Assembly (NCBI GenBank): GCA_903839695.1
Contig: CAIMDI010000017.1
Location: forward strand, 1 to 51,887
Source: Candidatus Tayloriibacteriota bacterium
Lineage (GTDB): Bacteria; Patescibacteriota; Minisyncoccia; Phycocordibacterales; PALSA-1337
Direction of reading: 5' to 3'
DNA length: 51,887 nucleotides
Each line of letters starts with the position of its first letter. The first letter of the stretch is position 1. The notes below the pieces were generated by a model. The model saw nothing but the letters and a program-made list of their open reading frames with translations. It did no database searches and was not told where the DNA came from. Position numbers and translations under genes: made by a program. Shown in pieces: positions 1-6,896 of this stretch.

Positions 1-81
1 GCTGTTATGAAAAAAGAGATTGATAGATTGAAGACAGTCCTATATGATATTCAGAGGAAACACGGGAAAAACCAAAAATAG
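1..81 (+). CDS. 3' end of an unidentified CDS (partial)
   Basis: Open frame 1 AVMKKEIDRLKTVLYDIQRKHGKNQK ending in TAG at 79-81; runs off the window edge. Confidence 0.5.
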   Translation, partial: AVMKKEIDRLKTVLYDIQRKHGKNQK

Positions 82-146
82 TCGAAAAATTAACAAAAAT
101 TCTAGTATGATTTGGGTATCATTTTATTATTAGCTATTACGGAAAA

Positions 147-221
147 TGGTGCGCCCGGAGGGATTCGAACCCCCAACAACGGTTCCGAAGACCGGTATGA
201 TATCCATTTCACTACGGGCGC
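147..221 (-). tRNA. tRNA-Arg (anticodon UCG), CCA encoded
   Basis: Reverse complement GCGCCCG...CCGGT-CTTCGGA-ACCGT...GGTTCGAATCC...CGGGCGCACCA folds as a cloverleaf; T-loop GTTCGAA. Confidence 0.93.
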
Positions 222-232
222 ATTATGCTTTA

Positions 233-790
233 TTACACTTCCCCACTAACAATATCATAATACTGTATTAATAGCTTTTGCCAAGCTATCACTTTCCTCA
301 ATATATTTACACCTGATATTGTTATTCTTGAATATGAATCATATTTTGATAACTTTATACTATCTAAGCCGATATTTAGATACTTTGTAGCCCATAACTT
401 CATTATTCTAATTATAGATGGGTTTGAACTTGAAAATTGAAATGAATTCCCTACCTTTGAACCCTTTGCTAAATACAGCGATAAACCACATACAAAAAAT
501 GAATCCTTTACTAAAACTGGAAATTCTCTTATAGCATCATCATATATCTTTTTACTTCTGAATACCTTATTTGATTTCAAAATAACCAATGCATTTAATC
601 TCCCCCTTTTTGCACTAATACTCGTTCTTTCCTTCAATTCCAAAATTTGTTTTTCACTTAAAACTATGTCACGAAGCCATAATGACAATGTACTTTTTGA
701 TATATCGATAACTTTTGAGATTTCTGACAGTGAACGACCAGAAAGGCGCATTTCTCTAGCTTTTTTTACATTCTGTATATTAGATATCAT
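233..790 (-). CDS. HTH-domain protein with possible degenerate LAGLIDADG-like C-terminal domain
   Basis: N-terminal HTH (GRSLSEISKVIDISKSTLSLWLRD); C-terminal GLSLYLAKGSK...FSSSNP motif; ends 11 nt before tRNA-Arg on the same strand; start 790 or 802. Confidence 0.65.
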   Translation of the reverse strand: MISNIQNVKKAREMRLSGRSLSEISKVIDISKSTLSLWLRDIVLSEKQILELKERTSISAKRGRLNALVILKSNKVFRSKKIYDDAIREFPVLVKDSFFVCGLSLYLAKGSKVGNSFQFSSSNPSIIRIMKLWATKYLNIGLDSIKLSKYDSYSRITISGVNILRKVIAWQKLLIQYYDIVSGEV

Positions 791-857
791 ATTGTACAAC
801 ATTATATCACATATTTAATATATGAAAAATACTAAATAGATGCTAACATTGTATACA

Positions 858-2336
858 ATGAAAAACAGTGTAATACCCAAAGAAATAGTAGACATTGTTG
901 AGACGCTAGAGAAAGCTGGTTTCGAGGCATTTCTCGTTGGTGGATGTACTAGAGATATTCTGCTTGGAAGAACTCCCAAAGACTGGGACATAACCACAAA
1001 TGCTACCCCGGAACAAATAATCCCTCTTTTTGAAAAAACATTTTATGAAAACTCTTACGGTACTGTTGGTGTGGTAAATGAAAAAACAGAGGATGAGAAA
1101 TTGAGAATAGTAGAAGTTACTCCATACCGTCTTGAAAGCTCCTATACCGACCGCAGACACCCTGACGATATAAAATTTAGTAAAAGTATTAATGACGATC
1201 TTAAACGTCGGGATTTTACAATTAACGCGATTGCGGTGAGTTTATCTAAAGGGGCAATAAAAGATATAATTGACTTATTCGATGGCTTAAAGGACATAAA
1301 GGACAAAGTAATAAAAGCTGTTGGAAATGCTGACGATCGCTTCAGTGAAGATGCTTTGAGAATGATTAGGGCCGTAAGACTAGCTTCAGAAATAGGTTTC
1401 ACGATTAACATCGATACTGAAAGGGCTATAATTAGCCATTCTTCATTGATTAAGGAAATTTCTATTGAAAGAGTAAGGGATGAATTCTCAAGGATACTGA
1501 TGTCTAAAGATCCAAAGATAGGAATAGAAACCTTGGATAGGCTAAATATCCTTATAAACATCATTCCTGAACTAGTATCTGCAAAGGGTGTAGAACAAAA
1601 CCAAGCCCATTCGTATGACGTTTGGGAGCATTTGCTTAGAACACTTCAACATTCAGCAGATAAGAACTGGCCACTAGAAATACGCCTTTCTTCCCTTTTC
1701 CATGATATTTCAAAGCCAGAAACAAGAAGAATTTCACGTGAAACAAATCAATTCACCTTTTATGGACATGAAGTCGTTGGTTCACGTGTAACAAAAAAGA
1801 TTCTTGAAAGATTAAAATACCCGACAAAAACAGTAGAAAAGGTTTGTAAACTTATACGTTGGCATATGTTTTTCTCAGACACCGAGATGATTACCCTTTC
1901 TGCTGTAAGAAGAATGATAGCAAATGTTGGCAAGGAAAATATTTGGGATTTAGTAAATATTAGAATTTGCGACAGAATCGGCACCGGAAGACCCAAAGAA
2001 AGCCCTTATAGATTAAGAAAGTATGAATCAATGATAGAAGAAGCGATGATGGATCCAATATCCGTTTGTATGCTTAAAATCGATGGTAATCGCATAATGG
2101 AGGTTACACGTGTAACACCTGGACCTAAAATAGGCCTTATTTTGAATGCTTTACTTGAAGAAGTACTAGAGAATCCTAGTCTAAATACGACTGAATATCT
2201 AGAAAAAAGGGCTGTAGAATTGATGGAAATGCCGCTAGCTGACTTAGAAAAAATGGCAAATATGGGTAAAATGATGAAAAACAAATTGGAAAGTGAAAAT
2301 ATAGAGGAAATACACAAAAAATACCATGTTTCATAA
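858..2336 (+). CDS. cca: CCA tRNA nucleotidyltransferase with HD domain
   Basis: VGGCTRD...DWDITT, DLKRRDFTINA, RFSEDALRMIRA motifs; HD motifs (WEH...LFHDISK); start 858 (840 possible). Confidence 0.9.
   Translation: MKNSVIPKEIVDIVETLEKAGFEAFLVGGCTRDILLGRTPKDWDITTNATPEQIIPLFEKTFYENSYGTVGVVNEKTEDEKLRIVEVTPYRLESSYTDRRHPDDIKFSKSINDDLKRRDFTINAIAVSLSKGAIKDIIDLFDGLKDIKDKVIKAVGNADDRFSEDALRMIRAVRLASEIGFTINIDTERAIISHSSLIKEISIERVRDEFSRILMSKDPKIGIETLDRLNILINIIPELVSAKGVEQNQAHSYDVWEHLLRTLQHSADKNWPLEIRLSSLFHDISKPETRRISRETNQFTFYGHEVVGSRVTKKILERLKYPTKTVEKVCKLIRWHMFFSDTEMITLSAVRRMIANVGKENIWDLVNIRICDRIGTGRPKESPYRLRKYESMIEEAMMDPISVCMLKIDGNRIMEVTRVTPGPKIGLILNALLEEVLENPSLNTTEYLEKRAVELMEMPLADLEKMANMGKMMKNKLESENIEEIHKKYHVS
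1730..1745. promoter_or_regulatory. parS-like site 1 (AATTTCACGTGAAACA) inside cca
   Basis: 14/16 match to TGTTTCACGTGAAACA. Confidence 0.7.
1778..1793. promoter_or_regulatory. parS-like site 2 (TGGTTCACGTGTAACA) inside cca
   Basis: 14/16 match to the parS palindrome. Confidence 0.65.
2102..2117. promoter_or_regulatory. parS-like site 3 (GGTTACACGTGTAACA) inside cca
   Basis: 14-bp perfect palindrome GTTACACGTGTAAC of the TGTTNCACGTGNAACA type. Confidence 0.7.
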
Positions 2337-2342
2337 GAAACA
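2327..2342. promoter_or_regulatory. degenerate parS-like site 4 (TGTTTCATAAGAAACA) over the cca stop codon
   Basis: Perfect outer arms TGTTTC/GAAACA, 13/16 overall. Confidence 0.45.
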
Positions 2343-2356
2343 TAGTCTGCTATTGG

Positions 2357-2388
2357 TTATTCTGTTATAGGTATTTATTCTGTTATAG
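2357..2388. repeat. 14-bp direct repeat TTATTCTGTTATAG x2
   Basis: Copies at 2357-2370 and 2375-2388. Confidence 0.7.
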
Positions 2389-2404
2389 ATAATCATATTC
2401 ATAA

Positions 2405-2802
2405 ACAAAACAACCGCGCCAAGAATGAAAGGTTGCCTCGAGGTTAGTTGAGACTTCCTACAAACTGTACGCAGTTGTGTAAAATTCCACTACAAGGAAT
2501 CATTTGGGTCCACAGACCCGATTCAACGAAGGCTGACCTAACAAATTCCACAAAAGGGAGCGTTGCGTAATACTTTTAAATTAACATGATCCGGCGAGCG
2601 CCAGATATAAATTGTTTTGATGTAAAGTTATGCAATTGCTCAACTTAAGCAAAATAGGGGTTGTCTTCTCCTGTGAGAATTTCAATACCTACTTATTACT
2701 TACTACCTATTACTTATTTACTTATTACTATTACTACCCTAAATTTTGGAAGAGCTGTGATGCGACTACCCTCGGTTGAAGCCTCATCTGATCTGGTATC
2801 AT
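2405..2802. ncRNA. candidate structured ncRNA (two domains), family unknown, strand unresolved
   Basis: GC-richer than its flanks, no long ORF; multibranch domain 2410-2566 with three hairpins; nested rod domain 2586-2802 enclosing a low-complexity loop. Confidence 0.6.
2689..2736 (-). repeat. array of 14 TAA/TAG triplets
   Basis: Minus strand reads TAG TAA TAG TAA TAA G TAA A TAA G TAA TAG G TAG TAA G TAA TAA G TAG. Confidence 0.85.
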
Positions 2803-2847
2803 TGTATCAATTATAAAAGACATGTAAAGGACATTAACAATAAAAAC

Positions 2848-2856
2848 TGTGGATAA
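2848..2856 (-). promoter_or_regulatory. perfect DnaA box (TTATCCACA)
   Basis: TGTGGATAA on the plus strand, intergenic. Confidence 0.65.
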
Positions 2857-2904
2857 CTCATTTTCTTTTGTCCTTTATAAAATATATTTAAAAAATATTT
2901 TAAA

Positions 2905-3693
2905 TTAATCTAAAATTAATTCTATAGGACAATGATCTGAACCCATAATAGTGTTGAGAATACTGGCTTTTTTTGCTTTATTCAAAAGGGCAGGGGATAT
3001 GAAAAAATAATCAATTCTCCAACCAACATTTCTTTCTCTTGCAAATGTTTTCATATCCCACCATGTATATGCAGCTATTTTTTTAGGATTTGTATGTCTA
3101 AAAATATCTATATACCCATCATTAATCACTTGATCAATCCATTCTCTTTCTTGTGGTAAAAATCCTGTATGATTTTCATTTGCTTTTGGTCGTGCCAAAT
3201 CTATTTCATTATGAGCTGTATTAACATCGCCACAGAAAATAATTTCGTAACCATTTTTTCTCTGTTTATTTATATATTTTAAGAACTCATCATAAAAATT
3301 CATTTTGAAAACCAATCTTTCTGGGTCAGTACCCGCATTAGGAAAATAACAGTTAATCAGCACAAATTTGACCCCCAGTATCTTTTTATCATCGAAAAAT
3401 AGGGCTATAAATCGTCCCTCTTTATCATATTCTTCAATTCCAAAGCCGTATTCCACGTTACTTGCCTTATTTTTGGAGTAAATCGCAACACCACTATAAC
3501 CCTTCTTTTCCTTTGAATGATCAAAATATGAATGATAACCAAGTGGATTCCTGACACCAGCGTCTAATTGTTCTGGATGCGCCTTTGTCTCTTGATAGCA
3601 CATAAAATCAGGTGATTTCTGCAAAAACCAATCAAATCCACCCTTTTTTACATTTGCCCGCAATCCATTTACATTCCAAGAAATGATATTCAT
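2905..3693 (-). CDS. xth: exodeoxyribonuclease III / AP endonuclease
   Basis: SWNVNGLRA, QETK, GDVNTAH, GWRIDYF, GSDHCP motifs. Confidence 0.95.
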   Translation of the reverse strand: MNIISWNVNGLRANVKKGGFDWFLQKSPDFMCYQETKAHPEQLDAGVRNPLGYHSYFDHSKEKKGYSGVAIYSKNKASNVEYGFGIEEYDKEGRFIALFFDDKKILGVKFVLINCYFPNAGTDPERLVFKMNFYDEFLKYINKQRKNGYEIIFCGDVNTAHNEIDLARPKANENHTGFLPQEREWIDQVINDGYIDIFRHTNPKKIAAYTWWDMKTFARERNVGWRIDYFFISPALLNKAKKASILNTIMGSDHCPIELILD

Positions 3694-3730
3694 ATATGAA
3701 TTATAGCAGAAATTGTATTAATATAAGTAT

Positions 3731-4669
3731 TTATTCACTTTTTCTGTGAAACTTTTTGTGTATTTTTCTTAATTCAGTGTCAGTAACATGTGTATAAATC
3801 TGAGTTGTATTGATATTTGCATGTCCAAGAAGCATTTGAACAGAACGTAAATCAGCCCCATTTCTCAATAAATCAGTAGCAAAAGAGTGACGAATAACAT
3901 GGGGAGTTACTTTTTTTGAAATTCCACACATAGAAGCATAGTGTTTTATTATTCTCTCAACTGAACGTGGTGTTAATCTTAGGGAATCCTTATTTTTAGC
4001 CAGTTTATCGTTTTTCTTTGCTGTAATTTGCACAAACAATGCATCGTCCATATCATCTCTTTTGTCTAAATATCTTTGAACTGCGTTTTTGGCATTTTCT
4101 GATATAAAAACCACCCGAACTTTTTCGCCTTTCCCTCGAACCGACATTTCCTCCAATTTTAAATTAATATCCCTGGGTAAAGCGCAAAGCTCAGAAACAC
4201 GAAGACCTGTGGAGAAAAATAGCTCTAACATTGCCTTATCTCGAAGACCCTTCAGGGTTTTCAAATCTGGAATATTTAGTAATCTCTCCAATTCTTCTAT
4301 TGTAATCAAGTCCAAAGACCTTTCTGGTACCTTTGCCAATTCTATTCTATCTGGAGCAAGGGAAACTATGTTTTGTCTAGCTAAATACTTCAAAAATGCC
4401 CTTAATGCTATCAAATAGTAATTCTGTGTTCTCTTTTTTAATGTAGTCGCAGCCATACCTTTTTCATTTTTTGTCTCTTGTCTGTTAAGCCAAATACGAA
4501 AATCACGCACAACTAAATCAGTTATATCCTTTGGATCTTTTATTTTGGTATGGTCAATAAAACGGCTAAGATATTGGTCATAATTCCTTACAGTATTAAG
4601 GCTTCGTCCTTTTTCAATCTCAATATACTGTAAAAATTCAGTCTTTAAAGTAGAAATATTTTGCGACAT
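3731..4669 (-). CDS. XerC/XerD-family tyrosine recombinase
   Basis: N-terminal SAM-like domain; TGLRVSEL, HVIRHSFAT, LGH...TTQIYTH catalytic residues. Confidence 0.9.
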   Translation of the reverse strand: MSQNISTLKTEFLQYIEIEKGRSLNTVRNYDQYLSRFIDHTKIKDPKDITDLVVRDFRIWLNRQETKNEKGMAATTLKKRTQNYYLIALRAFLKYLARQNIVSLAPDRIELAKVPERSLDLITIEELERLLNIPDLKTLKGLRDKAMLELFFSTGLRVSELCALPRDINLKLEEMSVRGKGEKVRVVFISENAKNAVQRYLDKRDDMDDALFVQITAKKNDKLAKNKDSLRLTPRSVERIIKHYASMCGISKKVTPHVIRHSFATDLLRNGADLRSVQMLLGHANINTTQIYTHVTDTELRKIHKKFHRKSE

Positions 4670-4736
4670 ACATTAATTATCTGCTATTTAGCGTCCACTT
4701 GCAATATAAAGCAATTGATGCTAGTATGTTCAAATC

Positions 4737-5006
4737 ATGTTAACAACACGACAGAAATCAAATATTATAAAAAACGTAGCAATACACGACAAGGACACTG
4801 GCTCTCCAGAGGTTCAAATTTCAATATTAACAAAGAGAATTGAAGAATTAGCTGGTCATTTGAAAAAGCATAAGAAAGACAATCACTCAAGACGTGGTCT
4901 TCTAGCAATGGTAGCTGATAGACAAACACATATGAACTATTTGAAAAAAAAGAGCACCAAGCGTTATAACAGTATTGCAAAGAAATTAGACATAAAGGCA
5001 AAATAA
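4737..5006 (+). CDS. rpsO: 30S ribosomal protein S15
   Basis: DTGSPEVQI...HKKDNHSRRGL signature. Confidence 0.97.
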   Translation: MLTTRQKSNIIKNVAIHDKDTGSPEVQISILTKRIEELAGHLKKHKKDNHSRRGLLAMVADRQTHMNYLKKKSTKRYNSIAKKLDIKAK

Positions 5007-5015
5007 TTCAAACAA

Positions 5016-5044
5016 GCCACCGCCATCAGGCGGTTTGTGCTTTT
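5016..5044 (+). terminator. probable intrinsic terminator after rpsO
   Basis: CCGCC-ATCA-GGCGG hairpin followed by TTTGTGCTTTT. Confidence 0.6.
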
Positions 5045-5125
5045 AATGATATACTTTAGTCTAGTAGGTAATTTTAATAATCGTGTTATTAATTTTAATA
5101 AGTAATTAATAAGAAATAATTTTAT

Positions 5126-5770
5126 ATGTCAGTAATAAAACATAAAGAGCAACGTGTTGGAGTTTTTATAGATACTCAAAATATTTATCATAGTGCAAAA
5201 ATGCTATATCATTCAAGAGTAAATTTTGGAGCTATAGTAAAGGACTCTGTGGGTGATAGATCACTTATAAGAGCAATCGCATACGTAATAACAACAGAAG
5301 CAGGGGACGAGAAGGCCTTTTTTGAAGCATTAACAAAAATGGGCATAGAAACAAAGACAAAAGATCTTCAAATATTCAGCAGTGGAGCAAAGAAAGCTGA
5401 TTGGGACGTAGGAATGGCAATAGATGCAGTAAAGTTAGCACCAAAACTTGATGCAGTAATATTAATAACAGGGGATGGAGATCATGTTCCTTTGGTAGAA
5501 TATTTACAAGTAAATCAAGGTTGCCAAGTAGAAGTAGTTTCATTTGGAAAATCAACTTCAACAAAGCTACGCGAGGTAGCTGATGATTTTATTGATTTAG
5601 ATGAAAATGTACAGAAATACCTGATTGGAGGTGCTCATCAAAATAGATTTCAAGGAAATGTGAAAGGGAAGCCAAATATTAAGCATTTCAATAAAAGAAA
5701 AGGAGGACCAAAAGATGCAACATTGGGAAATGTAGCAGATGAAATAGCAGATTTAAGTGGGCAAGAGTAA
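5126..5770 (+). CDS. NYN domain protein (LabA/DUF88 family, PIN-like nuclease fold)
   Basis: VFIDTQN, KKADWDVGMAIDA, TGDGD, L...ADDFIDL motifs. Confidence 0.9.
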   Translation: MSVIKHKEQRVGVFIDTQNIYHSAKMLYHSRVNFGAIVKDSVGDRSLIRAIAYVITTEAGDEKAFFEALTKMGIETKTKDLQIFSSGAKKADWDVGMAIDAVKLAPKLDAVILITGDGDHVPLVEYLQVNQGCQVEVVSFGKSTSTKLREVADDFIDLDENVQKYLIGGAHQNRFQGNVKGKPNIKHFNKRKGGPKDATLGNVADEIADLSGQE

Positions 5771-5788
5771 AAATCAGTGTCGAATTTG

Positions 5789-6763
5789 CTACACCTCACT
5801 AATTACATCGAAGCCCTTAAAACTACCAGTAATTGCAAGGCCAATTATCTTACCCCTGCAAATACCTTTCGCTCTGATCTGAAGCGCTGTCTCATTTAAT
5901 GTGGCTCCAGAGCCTACAGCATCATCAATTAGCAGAATATTATTATAAATTTTATTTTCATTAATAATAATAGATTTCTTTGCATTTTCAATTCTATCTT
6001 CAATTTTATTCAAGGTTTTTTGCGGTACAGCAATATCTCCCGAGATTTTAATTAAATTGATTCTGGGAATAGATAGATTGAGAGACTTTTCAAGTTCTTT
6101 CATTAATTGAATCTCTCTTTTTACAGTTGGTGGTATAAAACCTATAGCATTAATATTATTTTTCTTAATTATATCCATAATACTAGGCCTTATGGCTTCT
6201 CCAATTTGACCTATCAAATTTCTATCCTGACTTTGCTTTGCATAAAGAAGAATTTGACCCAATTTTGTCTTTCCAAATCTTTCAACACTATAAAAATCCT
6301 TATAATATAGCTTATTGAGTCCAGCTTCTTTAAAACTATCTTTAATTTTAGTAGTTGCGTCAATATATCCATCTTTTTTATATTTATTGTATTTTTCAAG
6401 AGTTTTTATATATTCAATCGCAGTTTTTTCCAAAGGTAAATTCTGCTTATTACACCAATATTCAAAACCAACAATTCCATCAAGTTTTTTACCATCTGGT
6501 GTGATTATTAAATAATTTTCCTCAATTATTTTCTTATTTTCAACTGAAATATTGTTTTTAACCGCTTCTATGATTATCTTTGGAAAATAGAAGACAGTGG
6601 GGGGCTTACCAACTTTATATATTAAATTTTCTCTCTGCAATCTGTTTATATGTTTAAAAATAGCTTGTCTTGAAATTTTGAAATGATTAAAAAGCTGAAC
6701 AATGGAAGCTTGGCCATTTTTAACAATAAATTGATATATTTCATTATATGTCTCGGTTGTCAT
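5789..6763 (-). CDS. winged-HTH plus type I phosphoribosyltransferase (ComF-like) fusion
   Basis: N-terminal HTH (ISRQAIFKHINRL); PRPP-binding motif ILLIDDAVGSGATL; QK...R..N motif. Confidence 0.8.
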   Translation of the reverse strand: MTTETYNEIYQFIVKNGQASIVQLFNHFKISRQAIFKHINRLQRENLIYKVGKPPTVFYFPKIIIEAVKNNISVENKKIIEENYLIITPDGKKLDGIVGFEYWCNKQNLPLEKTAIEYIKTLEKYNKYKKDGYIDATTKIKDSFKEAGLNKLYYKDFYSVERFGKTKLGQILLYAKQSQDRNLIGQIGEAIRPSIMDIIKKNNINAIGFIPPTVKREIQLMKELEKSLNLSIPRINLIKISGDIAVPQKTLNKIEDRIENAKKSIIINENKIYNNILLIDDAVGSGATLNETALQIRAKGICRGKIIGLAITGSFKGFDVISEV

Positions 6764-6769
6764 GGGGTA

Positions 6770-6809
6770 ATACTATCATAGTTGATAGTTTACTGTCAAC
6801 TATCAACTA
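6770..6809 (-). promoter_or_regulatory. sigma70 promoter overlapped by a 12-bp inverted-repeat operator
   Basis: Minus strand TTGACA-N18-TAGTAT-N6-ATG; IR TAGTTGATAGTT (6779-6790) / AACTATCAACTA (6798-6809). Confidence 0.7.
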
Positions 6810-6896
6810 ACAACCTTTAATAAAAACTTGGTCCAGCCTGGCTTGTTGTGGTAGTCGAAGTTGTTGATAGAGTAGACATAATGTTATAGTTAACCC

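Noticed and set aside
2357-2736. CRISPR array
   Set aside because: The repeats are a 14-bp doublet and triplet-level low complexity; there are no 25-40 bp repeats with unique spacers and no cas genes.
2440-2790. RNase P RNA interpretation (GAGGGTAGTCGC resembles GAGGAAAGTCC)
   Set aside because: The P4 partner and the 3' ACAGAA..CGGCTTA region are not convincingly present; the similarity is only partial.
2405-2802. tmRNA interpretation (minus-strand GGAGAAGACAACCCCTATTTTGCTTAA reads GEDNPYFA*, tag-like)
   Set aside because: No GGGG 5' acceptor strand, no T-arm GTTCRA and no CCA end on either strand.
3731-4669. Prophage or island integrase
   Set aside because: The size and motifs fit housekeeping XerC/D, it is flanked by xth and rpsO, and no att repeats or phage genes are seen.
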